Below are positions 1 to 12,824 of a DNA stretch of 64,000 bases, piece after piece; position 1 is the first letter of the stretch, and each line of letters opens with the position of its first letter. Both the position numbers and the translations under genes were made by a program. Under the pieces are notes generated by a model. The model ran no database searches. It was not told where the DNA came from and saw only the letters and a program-made list of their open reading frames with translations. This DNA is from Nitrospirales bacterium (GTDB taxonomy: Bacteria; Nitrospirota; Nitrospiria; Nitrospirales; UBA8639): contig CBDBCZ010000018.1 of assembly GCA_965203295.1 (NCBI GenBank), positions 2,528,001 to 2,592,000 on the forward strand, read 5' to 3'.

Positions 1-12
1 ACTCAATTGCAG

Positions 13-2455
13 GAATCATGCCTGGGTCTCTTTTCAAGGCTTCGCCGAGAGCATCAATGACACTTTTTCCCTTTCCAAGGAAAATGGTATGATATTCAGT
101 TTATGTTTATTTGTGCATAGATAATATATATTTCCGTAAGTATATATTATCTATGATTTGTGTTCATGCATGCTTTTCATTCTACGTTTGATAAACTTCA
201 GCATTAGTACTCTCATGCCATGCTATCTGTACGATATATTATGTCATGCATATTTCTGTCCAGCCTGTTAGTGCAACAGTTACTGTTGATAGTAATATAG
301 CTAGCTACCAAATACACTGTGTTAAATGAAAGTTTGGGATACATTGCAACAGGGCTTTGCAGTATCAATGACTTGAACTTTTTGTTGTATTTTAGTAGGT
401 TCAGTTTCATATTGTGTTGTAGTGGACGGCTTTACAAAATAAACTAGACCGTAAAACAGCTCCATAAACACCCAGTGTGCTACTGTAATGAAAGTCTGGG
501 TCAAATTGCAACGTAACTGCTAATTACAAAGGTTATTAGGTGACAATGAACATAGACGGCACATGATCAGAGTCAAGGAATAGTGTACATTCCATAAGTC
601 ATAGTGTTAAACAGGAATTATAGTCATGTCTGTTTTGGTTTTTACCAGTATGCCGGCATGGCGGGTCATCACTGTGTAGTCCATGGGATAAATTTTAATG
701 TGGATTATGCAAATCTGTTACAGAGCTCACACCTCATCTGGCTGCTGAGGCTTTTTACAATGGTGAAATTGAGAGCGAGATCCGACTCATCATTAAAGAG
801 AATCCAGCCCTTAAACTGCAAGACTTTGCTTACAAAGAAGATTCAGACAGAGAAGCATTCATGCATCACATAGAAAGCATGAGAGCCCAAACATTCTATT
901 GTCACCCACCAGAGAATTGTACGCAAGAATGCCGTGACCGAGGTATGCATGATATAGACGAAGAATTGTCAACTGTAGAGTGGAAGCCACATTACAGAGT
1001 ATAGTCAGGGCACGATAAATCATTTTTGTATAATGTGTTAACTACAAGCAACTGGGCTAACCACTCCATTGGTTGCTTAACTAAACATTCTTGCAGTAAT
1101 ATATACCATTATATATGGACGCTGAGGATAGCCTGCATTTTATTCCTATCCATTGTAGGATGTGGCTCACTGTGGGTAACAGATGGTATCTGGAAACTTT
1201 CTTTCCCACACTGCATGCACAAAGTGAAGGTATAGCTATTATCCCAACGTTTCATGCACATCATAAAATTAATAGTGATTGTTTTGCTGTATACCATAAT
1301 AGTATCAAGTGAAGGAGATTCCAGGCCTTTCATTGCCAGATGTATGTACAAACCAACCATTGCCTGGCCAGGCATTCTGCATGCAGCATTGCCACCTACT
1401 GCAACAGCAGTCTCCACCAATACCCACTGGCGTACGGGATTTTCTTAAGCATTGTGGAGTACTTAAAGGTAATTAAATATCTCAGTTATAACTTTTTGTG
1501 GTTATATACATGTATCTTCACTTGCCCTGCAGATGTTGCCCAACCCATCCCAGAAGACATAAGCAAGGAAAACGATGATCAGATTCAAGCGGTCCTTGAT
1601 GCTACTGCTACTAGTGTAGGACAGTCAGCTGCTATATCACAAGGTTTGCGGATAACAGACATAGCTAATTAGGTGTATATACCCATTGTGTATTGCTACA
1701 TATAATATTATTAGACTATATACATTTTACAAATTGCATGCAGGTACAGCACAGCTTCTCAGCCAACACCCAGAACTTCTCCCTGATGTGAACTCACCTG
1801 CTGATAATCCTACATGCACCAAGAATACTGGTGGAAGCAAACGGCTTCGTCGTTGGTCAAGAGGTCACCAGTTCATCGTACGTGCTGGTGGTCATATAGA
1901 GGCTTGGCAACCTCTTTTCAAGTAAATAGTACTATACCTTAACTTTAAATTTGTTCACATGTCATTAGTGCTGCTGTTGTTGTTTACAGATCTGAATCTC
2001 CAACCCAAGTTTTTTTTATCCTATTGACATGGCTGATGGCTGTCCTTCAATCTGATTCGACACTCAAGCCCAGTGCTATGTATCTAGCATATGACAACAT
2101 TTGCAACATTTGCCGTCTTATTATTTCCCGCACACCCCTTCCCTTAGCACCGCCATTCGATCGTATGTGGCTTCACATTAATAAAGTAATTGATTCATTT
2201 CACCTTAGAAACCACATTCAGCAGTGCCAGATTGATTACTCTCCACAATCACTAAAAGACAGACATCCGAACTTCAACACACAAGCTGGGGAACAGACTT
2301 TTGTTTGGCTTGCACGATTTAAACATAACTTATGTGCAATGACTAAGACACACCACCTGTTTTATTTACATAGGATGATTAGGAGGCGGAACAGTTATAC
2401 TGCAAAGTGTTATCTGCATGGCAAAAAACCTATTCTGCCAAAGGTAAAAAAATAG
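13..2455 (+). CDS. CxC5/CxC6-KDZ (Kyakuja-Dileera-Zisupton, HMGXB3-like) transposase-family gene, 5'-partial, 7 visible exons (13-86, 724-942, 1159-1229, 1303-1468, 1533-1643, 1744-1921, 1990-2455)
   Basis: GT-AG exons splice in frame with no stops: NHAWVSFQGFAESIN...GCGSLWVTDGIWKLSFPHC...CTNQPLPGQAFCMQHC...RRWSRGHQFIVRAGGHIEAWQPLFKSESPTQVF...YLAYDNICN...IDSFHLRNH..C...Y.P...NTQAGEQTF. The SES, YD, DxFHxxxH and NxxxxEQ motifs match my recollection of KDZ transposase domains. Confidence 0.75.
116..155. mobile_element. 40-bp P-element-like remnant/footprint
   Basis: 15-bp perfect TIR catagataatatata...tatatattatctatg flanked by a 7-bp duplication atttgtg (109-115, 156-162). Confidence 0.7.
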
Positions 2456-2726
2456 TACGACATGCAGAAAGTATAGCTATTATTTTATGTGTGTGTTTAT
2501 ACATTAATTTTGTGACTGTTATAATCTTGTATGCATTTTGTTGATGTTTAGTGTTGATGTTTAGGCTTGTGAGAACAATCTTTGTTGTTAGCCCCCCTGC
2601 AATATATTAAATATTACTGCTACATGCACACATGTAGCCATACATGATGTATCCAGTTGTGCCAGGAAGCCATTCAAAAATGCACCCCCACTAAATTTAT
2701 ACATATATGGTCATGGTATGCAGTTG

Positions 2727-3239
2727 TGTCAGGAAAATGTACAGTTGTCAGGAAAATAGACCCCCCCCCCACACACATGCACACTATTATACACATAATA
2801 TTATGCATATGTACTGTAGCAGTCATCTGTCAGGAAATTTCAGGCTTGTCAGGAAAATAGAGACCCCCCCCCACCAGCACACATGGCACACACACAATAC
2901 ACTACACATACACACAATACATTACACATACATGTACACACAATGTGTGCATATAGTACTTACAGTCATCTGTCAGAAAAATTCTTCCTTGTCAGGAAAA
3001 TAGAGACCCCCCCCCCACACACACACACACACAATACAGCATATGTGCACATGTGCAGCTTACTCCGAAACGTGCGTGTGCCATTATATGCATGTATTTA
3101 TAATGTCGTGTGAAGTTCTCTGACGTCAGCACTGAGAAACAGTCAGCGAACGAGCATGGGTGAAAATTATTATGTCCCGTAAAGTTCTCTGACGTCAGCA
3201 CTGACAAACAGTCAGCTAACAAACTGTTAGGTCGCAAAT
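2727..3239. repeat. Array of short repeats downstream of the KDZ gene (candidate subterminal repeats)
   Basis: tgtcaggaaaa-type motif about 6 times (near 2727, 2746, 2828, 2847, 2971, 2990), three of them followed by poly-C/CA tracts. A 35-bp unit aagttctctgacgtcagcactga(g/c)aaacagtcagc occurs at about 3113 and 3182. Confidence 0.65.
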
Positions 3240-3784
3240 CATAGAGCATATGGAGTGTGGTATTACCTTAAAATTATGAACTCCTTATTAGTAGGGGCCA
3301 CAGAATCAGTGCCATAGTATCTTATTGGGTATTGTTGAATTCCATGCAGAACTTCCAGGGAGACCAGTCTATTAATGGCTGATTGGACACACCCTGTTAA
3401 ATTCACGCACAATATTAATTGAACAAGAGTATAATATTGATATGTTTACGTAAATAGTATTACACATGTAAATTAAAATTATGGCACAATCTTTAATTGT
3501 GCTCTCAAAACATCTGTGGTATTGAACTACGTAATTCATAGACCTGCAAAATTTGGTGCTGCATGTACGTAGATAGCGTGTATACTGAACTTGCTCATAG
3601 GCTTTAATGAACTGGGTCGCTACAAATCTGTGAATGCATGGCCATATTGTCGTTGTCAGACAGTTCGTGGTGGCAGTTTCATGCCACTTGCGATTAACTA
3701 TGTCACATGACACATAAGCTTCACATGTTAAGTGAGATCAAAAATACTTTAGAGTCACTATTTCTCTAAACTTGAGAGTTAAAT

Positions 3785-3817
3785 CATAGACACGTTTACG
3801 TGTCTATATTATCCATG
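3785..3817. mobile_element. 33-bp P-element-like remnant/footprint
   Basis: catagac...attatccatg flanked by gttaaat (3778-3784, 3818-3824). Confidence 0.6.
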
Positions 3818-3959
3818 GTTAAATTTTTACTCTGTACTGTATGGCTACCCTATTCCTATTATTTAGAAAAACAAGTCTGACATTTCATGCCTAAAAAACC
3901 AGCTGGACACCTTTCCCATACAATACACACAACTCAGCTTAGGCCAAGCTACGTAGCTG

Positions 3960-6005
3960 TTAATCTTTACTTTGCCAATAGATTCACTTAACCTCTGCCT
4001 TCAAGAAGTCACAGAAGGTTTTATAATTCCTAAGGCTTCCTCGTGAACTTCGAATTACAACATTTTGCATTTTCCTGTTTCATGTTCTAAGTGAAAAGGT
4101 GGGTTTTGTATGTGTTCAAACTGAAGATATGCAATGGTGCAATCTAGTTTCGTAACATCCTCACCCCTATAAACATTGATGACTAAGGTTTAGCAAGCAG
4201 TTGTAATTAATGTGTTCAATGATGTGGTACCACCTACATGTACCTTACATAGTAAATACAAGGAGTCATCATCATTCCTAGCCATGAACAAAATTATGGT
4301 AGAACTCTTGAGTGAAAACATCTAGACAACAAGAGGGGTACCTTTTATGCCTGCTCCTTTATTGTCAGATCTGACAGGTTTGTCCATGCTTAATATTCCT
4401 GCTCTTTCTTCTCTCAGGTGTGGCACAGTACCCGAGCTGTAAAGCCAGCTCTACCTTTAGGTCTACTCGAAAGAGTAGCTCTGTTTCTTTCAGTACTTTC
4501 CGCAAGGGATACACTGTTTCACAGGTTTGTACATATCACAAGAATGGCACGTCAACTGCAGCTGATATAATGCAGATAGGTTGTAATTTACTTGTGTCGC
4601 TGTTGTAGCGCGTATGCCATTGACCACGCACACACATACACAGTTGTAAGATCTGCAGTCCGAGGACAAGAGCAAGAACAAACAGATGTTTCATTATTTT
4701 GATCACAACATAATTTATTCTTCCTAGTATCCCTGATCAATAACTACTCTTAATACACCCCTAAAATCATACCTGTCGCAGTTCTCACACCCTAAAACAA
4801 AGCCTGTTCTCTCAAATGTAAATTTGTTCCTAGAGAGGTAGATGAAGTGTTAAGATATAAATACTGATAAGCTGAGGCTGTACGAGTCTTTTTAAAAAAA
4901 AAATAGAATTACTTGCAGGGGTTGGGGATCCAGGAACATGATTGATGTTTAAATTTAGGTTCAGGTACTTATGGTCTGAATAAAGAGTTAGGTGATGAGG
5001 CAGTGTAAGTTATGTGGGGTGCAATGTGGGAGTGTAGTACATGTGCTCTGGGAGTGTCTACCATTAGAAATATTTTTGTGAGAGAATTAGACGATTTTTA
5101 GGGGGGAGCTTAGATACGGTCAATAGTTTGAACTCTTCAGCGAATATATCCTGACTCTCTTGATTCATTGACTGCAGAAACAATTTACTACCTACTCTCT
5201 TCCAGGTCTTCCTTTGCCTAGCTCTGCACGATTTCTCTTACCACTCACTGTCTAGTAAGCTAGGATATTTCTTATCATGCAAATTACTGACTTTATAGCA
5301 CCACTTAAGTCTGCACCTATGCCTCCTGCCTTTCAAAAGATTCTAACCCCATACTGCTTCATTACACGTTTTAGAAGAGCAGCCAAGTATATTTTTAGCT
5401 GCTCCTAGCTGAATAAATTCCAAGGAAGCTGTCTGCCATGTACTACAAGCCCACACTTTACTACCCTATTCTAAAGGAGGGTGAAGTACTGGAACTAACA
5501 TTAATTATCCATCTTGATACTGTACTGATATTACTATTACCAAAAACCTATGTAGATTTTTCCATTCCACTATTTATTACCTTCTGTTCATGACTATCCA
5601 TGAACCAATATTTGCAAATTCAATGCCCAAGTAACAGTAAATTACAACCTCTGGAATATCTTTATCTCCCCACTTCCATGTACATGTGCCTGTATCAACC
5701 TCTTTAGAAAATACCATAACAGCACTCTTCTTTATGTTAGATTTCAACCTCCATTATTTTATTACAAAACCCCTGTACTACATTATTCAATGTTTGTAAG
5801 TCCTCAGCATTAGTAGTTAAACTTACAAAATCATCGGCAAACATTGGACCCCCAACCTGAACATCCTTCTTAATATCAACAGCCTTCTCAACCTCATGTA
5901 ACAACTGGTTAATAAATTAGATAGGCGACATACTACAACTCTGTGCCACCCCCTGACCTATATCAGATATTTCTTCCTCCAGTGAAACAGCACTCTGTGT
6001 GGTAT
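3960..6005 (-). mobile_element. Decayed non-LTR retrotransposon (LINE) fragments, partly rearranged
   Basis: 5683-6005 is the reverse complement of the RT segment at about 15920-16250 (QG..MFADDFV). Degenerate coding continues toward 5150. 4930-5070 on the + strand resembles the C-terminal CxxC...H.LWEC region. Confidence 0.55.
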
Positions 6006-7145
6006 CCTTAAGGTTACGGGATACTGGCCCGCTTTGATTTAATAGTCTAATGAGTGAATAATGAATATCTTTGCAACTATAGGCCCTATAGCCACGATCT
6101 TTTCAGCATTTATTCATGGCTACTAGTTGTGTACTCAGTACAGAAAGCTTGTCTGTGAGCCCCTCCCTTGTTTAGATAGCGGTAATGGAAGTTTCAGCTG
6201 TTTACAATAATTTTTCTCGCCAAAAATCGCTGAAGCCACTGCCTTTACTAGGCCACTACAGCTCTCTAAGGATTCCTCACTATATTCACGAGGGATTGAC
6301 GAAGGCTTTTGAAGCAATTATCTATATCAACAGAATGGCAAGTCAATAAGTATGGCTCTGAGCGCTCTGGACCCAACTTTCTTAGGTTTAAGAGGCTGTA
6401 TCTCCTGTATCAGAGAGAAACTACAAAAAATCACCAGCTTCATACATTGTTTTACCACCCAGGGTAGGAAGCCAGAAGGCAAAGTTACATCAGAAAAATA
6501 CCAGGCTGTACAAGAAGAGCACAGTGTTACTGCATGAGCCTGTCAGTGCTTTCAAAAACAATAATCATCGATTCTGCTAATACTGCATTAGTTGTTTTAT
6601 ACATACTGAGCTCTGGCATTCAGATTCTACAAATAGGCTATGCAAACGTTTTAGAGTGTACTAGTCAGATTTGTACCGAGCCGTTATTGGCTCTATTATA
6701 GTGTTTCTGTAACTGCATCTACAAGGGTGATTTCAATGTCATGTTGACTATTGTATAATGTTTATACTGCCGTGCAGGTAGTGAGCTCACACACATCACA
6801 AGCAGTGGCTGGAGCTCAACAGTATCCGAGCACCCAAATAAAAATTTACAAGCTCTACCAGAGAGTGCATCAGTGGTGATTTCAAATGCAGATACCTTGG
6901 ACAACAGCATAAAGATTGATTTAGAAGCAGGAAGTCAAGATTCAAGTGGACGAGACTTTCTCTTCGTGACTATTTACATGTGATGAAGCTGTTGTCACGC
7001 GTTGAACTGTTCTTTTTTTATTTCATGTGAGTATGCCACATTTGTGCTGCATATACTTGCATGACATTGTAGAAGTCATATTTCAGATTTTGTACAACGT
7101 TTATCCTGCTATTGCTGATTATTATTGTATTATTATTTCATTACT

Positions 7146-8495
7146 CCTTTTGGGGCGAGCGTGAATTACTATTTTTTTTGTATTACTCCCTTTATGGCGA
7201 GTTTTTATTTATTTTTTTATACTATATACTCTTTTTTATTACTACATGTAGTAATTTCCCTTTTGAAACGAGCGCGAACGAGCCCCCCCCCGTCCGTGCG
7301 CATGGACTATTCCGTAAAAACGTTAGCATGCCTATTTCTAATACTGTTGTCACGCGTTTCAACTGCTTTACTCTTATAATCCTCTGCAACATGAGCGTGC
7401 ACTCTGGAGAGAGAGAATGAGTGACTTGTGTAGACAGCGGACACTGGAACGGCGCAGACAGCGCTACAGAGAAAGGAGTGCGGCCGAAACCCCTGTGGAG
7501 AAGGACAGAAGGCTACAGAACGAGCGAGCATGGCGAAGGCGGAGACTGTTGGGTGAGTCGGCTGAACGCGGCTAAGGAGGCCAACGATCGAACGAACGCT
7601 TACATGTACGCCGGCGAAAACACAGGGCAGCAGCGCAAGGGCAGAGGATGATGACTGAGTCCCGCGATGCCATGAACATTGGTAGTTGAAGGAGAAAGTT
7701 AGTGGCATGTCTCCTGTGCAGAGTAGTCCCTCTCTGCAGTGGTGTTAAACGTTTATCATGCTGGAGCTTCTGAACTGCCCTCAGCGACTTGTCATAGTCA
7801 TTCACAATAGCTGCATACACATCCTTCAGCATCTGTGACCGTGGCTCGCATAAATTGGTGGCCGCTAACTGGTGTTGAGGTTGTAGCTGTTCTGTCACTA
7901 GACACGTTTTTAGCTTGCCTTGTCTGCAAGTCTCAAATCACCCCACAACTGAACAGCTGGGTAGATGTGCAAGTGCGATGCTCTTCAAGCACTGAAAAAC
8001 TTTAAGAAACAGTGGAGGGGCTACCCAGCCCACACATCATACTAGGCTGATCGTGTTCATGCAAAGGCCAGCAAGAGCGTGTGAAAAAACAGTAACAGAA
8101 GCAATCTGCAATGTGACACTGTGCCTATTGTATGTACATAATGAACTAACCTGGGTCCAAACATGAGATCATAGAAGAAAGTGATACGTCAGACCGCGCC
8201 GTATTAGCCAATCTTAACTTGTCTACATTGCACATGCAAGATGAATAGGTCACCGAAACTTCCCTCCTATCTGCCCCTCCGTTTACTTTGACGTACAGCC
8301 TCACTGGCATTCACAGGCATTAAGTACAAACCACACTAACATTTCTCAACTACATCCCTCCATATTATCATGATGATCATATCAAAGTCAGTTATGCATG
8401 ATGAACTCGCTCGCCCCACAGTGCTCTGCATCATAGAAAATAGAGATAGATAATAGATGATAATACTCTATTATCTATGTCTGCATTCACCTAGT
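7146..8495 (-). mobile_element. Internally deleted Helitron/Helentron with Rep fragment (- strand) and RPA1-like OB-fold/zinc-ribbon fragment (+ strand)
   Basis: The minus strand at about 7650-7850 reads CEPRSQMLKDVY...SL.AVQKL...ERDYSAQETCH..LLQLPMFMASRD, typical of Helitron Rep-helicase. The plus strand at about 7850-8320 reads VLSLDTFLACLVCKSQI...GRC..CDALQ...QWS...VTETSLLSAPPFTLTY. The ends actag.tgaatgcagagca.tgtggggcgagcg and cacgctcgcccca match the mini element at 44604. Confidence 0.7.
8432..8479. mobile_element. 48-bp P-element-like remnant inside the Helitron end (duplicated at about 41688-41735)
   Basis: catagaaaatagag...ctctattatctatg flanked by tctgcat (8425-8431, 8480-8486). 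Confidence 0.7.
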
Positions 8496-8970
8496 AGATA
8501 ATATCTATGCGCCCACACAGTTCTGAATACTGTGCGTATGCGTACAGGTACAGGTCTAGACAGCCCCACCCCCATTCATTCACAATGAATGCGTTTGTGC
8601 GCCGCCATGGACAAAGCCTCGCTGAAGCGTCGGGAATCTTCGTCAGGGAGGGGTGGAGAGACTGATTTCAAACTTGCTGGCCACTCATACAACGGGAGAA
8701 TAAAGCTATCTCAGGCCATGTAAGATTGTACTCGCTAATATGTACCCATTCTGTACTGTAATTTGGTCAGCCAGGGTACGTAGCTAGCCCCCGTACAGTC
8801 TGGCTCGCGAGATTAGCTCCCGTGTCGGTACAGAGGTTTGCAAAAGCTTGCAAGTGACTGTGCAGAGTATAAACCAGAAAGCTTGCCCTGCTCAGTAATG
8901 AGCCTTTCATCTGTAGCGTTAGAGTAAGCTTAGGCCTTGTATTTTTTGCAAACCTCTGTATAGACCTACA

Positions 8971-11900
8971 CAGGGGCGTAGGAAGCATTTTAGCTTTGGT
9001 CAGGCGGAATCTGTGATAATGCGTGCGAAGCGCGCCCGCTAGGGGGGTCTGGGGGCATGTCCCCCCATGAAAATTTTGGATTTTTGGACCTTCTGAGATT
9101 GTTTCTAGTGCAATCTTGGAGTGAATAGCATGAATTCGACAACTGTCTTCAAGCACAAAGGCTAGGACGGAAGGTTTGGCGTGCATAGCCTCGCTTCGCT
9201 CTCAGATCGGACTGCACACGCATTGTGACATCACTGCAAATGCGCGTGCCGTACCAGGGTCCACCCGACTGTATCCTGTAGTGCTATAGTGACAATTACA
9301 ACGAGTCATGCAATTTATGATGATACTGTTAACGAATTGCGAGTCCAGAATAATCCACTTTCTTTGGTTACAACTGCACCGGAAGGACAGCCACAAGATA
9401 CGGCTGTCTTGCTGTGCAATCAGTTTGACCAAAGTGTTACAATGATAAAGTTCCCTCAGGTAGTTGCCAAACTGTATTGAACCATGAATTGCATTGTTAC
9501 ACTATTATCATAATGATGAAGTTCACTTAGAAATTACCGAACAGGCGAAGTCGGTGTTCACTGCCTCGAACAAAGTCATTGGCTACAGCATTAAGGTCTA
9601 GCTCATCCAGCATTTCTTGGTATATGTTGAGCACCATAAGGTGGTTTAACCTTCCCTGGCCCATGGTGCTCCTCAAGTAGCTCTTAATCCTCCTCATTGT
9701 GGAAAAGGATCGCTCACTTGCTGCATTTGTTGCCGGCAAGACCAGAATTAATCGAGCAAGAAAGCAAACTTGTCGAAAGAATGCCCGCTGACCCTCAGAA
9801 AGACACTGCAGAAAAGTAAGTGCTTCCTTTAGGGTGATGGTGGCTTTACACTGGGTTTCTGTGAAATTTGTTCCAAAGATCTGTAGCTCTGTTGATAGTT
9901 CACTCTCATTAAAGTCATTTCCATAGAAGTCCATGACTTCTTTGAGCTCGGCAAAATAGTTTTCTTTCTTTGCTGCCTTTAGGAGCAGAGCTTCAAGGTT
10001 TCGGTAAATAGCATAACCGGGCTGATCAAAACGATCTTGGATACTGGAGATGGCCAGGTCTATAGCCTCAAAATACTGTTGGCGGTAGTGGTCCTGAATC
10101 GTAGGGCTGTGGTAGCCATCCCCATCACCAACTTCTAAGTGTTTTGGTGCCTTTCGTTTCCTTGGCAGTGAGGGCTCCTCTGTGTCAGTGCTGTCACGGA
10201 GACGCTCCATCAGCTGGAAGAATAGCTCAAATGCTTCATCCGTTCTTATGCTCTTCAATGTCTTCACAGTCATCTCTGCAATGGTTTGAGCTTCTGCAGC
10301 GGACAGGGATTGTTTCTGGAGAGTTTTGCTAAGGTTGTCAGTGATTTTCAAGATCCTTTCACAAAGCTTTAGTCCAAACAGCAGCTTGTACTGTGACATC
10401 TGAGTCCTGACACCAATTATCCTTCCTTTTATGTCAGGCTCTAACCTATTCTCTAGACACTCATCCCAGAGCTGGTGTAAGACATTGTAGTTATCGAGGA
10501 TGCTGGAAATGGAATCTCCACGAACAGTCCACCTTGTAGGGCAGAATGTTCTAATGCTGACACTACTGCCAGAATCTTCTTGTGTGACTTCTGCCTTAAT
10601 ACGATCAAAGGCTGCATTCCTCTTCGGGGAGAATTTGATCAGTTTGCTGATCTCAAATGCCGTCTCCAGGGATTCGCGGCACACCTTTGACTGCTTGATC
10701 GTGTCACCGATAGCAAGATTCAGGGCATGTCCATAACAGTGTGTATAGACAGCACGCTTCTCTTCTTTGATGATTTGGGTGGCCACACCATTCTTGCTAC
10801 CACACATGTTGGACGCTCCATCATAACACTGGCCTCGGCAATCAGACAGCTTCACATTCATGCGGAGAAGAGCATCCTTGATAGTGCTCACCAGACAATC
10901 TGCATTGATACCTTCCACTTGGTAGAGACCAACGAAGCTCTCGTGATCTTGAAGATCCTCACCCACCCACCTAATGACAATTGTGAACTGTTCCTTGTTA
11001 GCAATGTCTGTGCACTCATCAGCCATGATCGTAAAGCATGCACTATCACGAATATTTTGGCTCACTTTCCGAAGAATTTGCAGCGCCATGATCTGTAGAC
11101 ATTCGTTTTGAATTTGGGGAGATGTGTATTTGTTGCTCTTTTTGCTCATCCATGGTTTGAGCTCAGGGCAATCCACACTCCGAAGGTACAGGAGCTGGAT
11201 AAAATGGCTGTCGGCATCACTATCACCACCTCTCAGTGGCAAACCTTGACGGGCAAGAAATCGGATGTTCTGAAGAACCTTCAAGAGCATCTTTCAGTTG
11301 GTCGCTTTCTCTTCTTGATGCTGCTGGCTTAGCAGCTCACCAATGTCTCCACGGATCTGTTTGGGAAGAACTATGAGAGCCTCATTTGCCTCCCGATGGC
11401 AGTCACTGGCCTGGTGTTTGTTAAAGGCAGAAGTTGCTTCCTTCCAATATGTATAACCCTTACTGATGAAGGCTGGATCCCGTTTTGTACTGGCTACAAA
11501 CTTGCCTTCATGAGCAGTCCTCATGCAAAGGTGGCAAAAGGCTGCATCATGCTCAGCATCATAGTGGAGCCATGGATACTTTTCACACCACTCTGATCTA
11601 AAGGACCTCTCTTCTCCTTTCTTGCCAAAATTTGCGTTTTGGAAACTTGAAAGACCTCCTTGGATGAAACTTTTCTGGGAATTCTGACAATGCCATAGCT
11701 ATTGTATAGAATTGTAGCTGTGTATAAAAAGATTTATAATTCATAATATGCTATAATTGGACGGTCAGAGTCATGCAGTCCATAGCTATAGCAGTTATTA
11801 TAGCTACAGGAATAACAGTGGATTATAGTTCAACTCTGGAATGATTTATAATAGTCTTACATGCAGCCCTTATATAAATGTGGTCCGGCTACAGAAAGGC

Positions 11901-12376
11901 ATTTGAAGCATAGCCAGTAGAAGTGACAAGTATATCATTGCCTTTATGCAGTGAAGGTGTGAATATGTGGTTCACTCATGCAATCACAGTCAAAATGACT
12001 TTGAAGTTTCAGCTGCATAAAGCTATAATAATATACGGTAAAGAGAGAGGCGATATGATGATATGATTCCATAAATCTATGATAATACGTTCATGCTGCT
12101 GCGCTTACCAGGTCAGGGTACGCACAGTCACTGCAGTTTACGTTGTTGATATAATATAGCACGCCCTGTGCACGAGTGCTACGTGGCATCACGTGACCAG
12201 CTATTATCGCTCGATACACGATCCGACGCTGCTGCTGCAGTAGTTTTGCTGGACCTTATCATTCAGGTTTGTGTATCCTACAGCAATACAAGTCTGACAG
12301 ATCTCATTCTGCCGGTTACCGCCGTAACATTGGTCCGGCGGCCGCCGGGTCTGCCGGACCTGTTCCTACGCCCCTG
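8971..12376 (-). mobile_element. Full-length hAT DNA transposon, 14-bp TIR, 5-bp TSD (hAT5-like)
   Basis: TIR caggggcgtaggaa / ttcctacgcccctg, with ctaca on both sides. The empty site tagac-ctaca-aaata is present in the paralogous copy at about 42216-42230. Confidence 0.93.
9527..11696 (-). pseudogene. hAT transposase (ZMYM1/THAP12-like with N-terminal TTF-type zinc finger), two lesions
   Basis: The 587-aa ORF has MADECTD, CYDGA, HCYGHALNL, TRW and SERSFS motifs. It extends upstream through an in-frame TGA at 11294-11296 (likely from CGA) and a +1 frameshift near 11627-11630 to an ATG at 11696 (MALSEFPEKFHP...WCEKYPWLHYD..HDAAFCHLC). Confidence 0.9.
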
Positions 12377-12824
12377 CTACAAAATAAAGTAGCTAGTCTC
12401 TGACACATTTTTTGCTGTTAGACGTTAAGTGATAGCCATTGACATTGAAAGTCTTTGACATAGAGTCTTGCACTGTAAATTAGATTCCCTGACCATAGTA
12501 GAGTAGAATAGTAGTATACAAATAGTACAAAATGTGCAATATTATGTGTTAATTGAGTTTCCAATCCCTGTCCTTCTACTCTACTGTCTATGCCCTGACA
12601 ATGTTTGGTGGGGGTCTCTATCACAACTGCTATAACATAGTGTAACAGTTATTGCCTTGTACAACTAACTGTGGTTGCTAAGTATGCATAAGTATCTATA
12701 GCATCATGTAAACCTATTTCTTCCATGTAATAAAGAGCACAAGGCAGCAACCATTACCAAACAGAGTCAAGGAAAAGGCCTTCACAGATCGGAATCAATG
12801 AGTGTTATGAAAGAAAGGTGAGCT

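Noticed and set aside
2727..3216. Repeat-spacer-like pattern suggestive of CRISPR
   Set aside because: Units are irregular, the spacers are CA microsatellite and related to each other, the context is eukaryotic, and there are no cas genes.
6540..6983. GPCR-like C-terminal exons in the duplicated arm (LLALLYCFCN)
   Set aside because: Too short and degenerate to assign a family.
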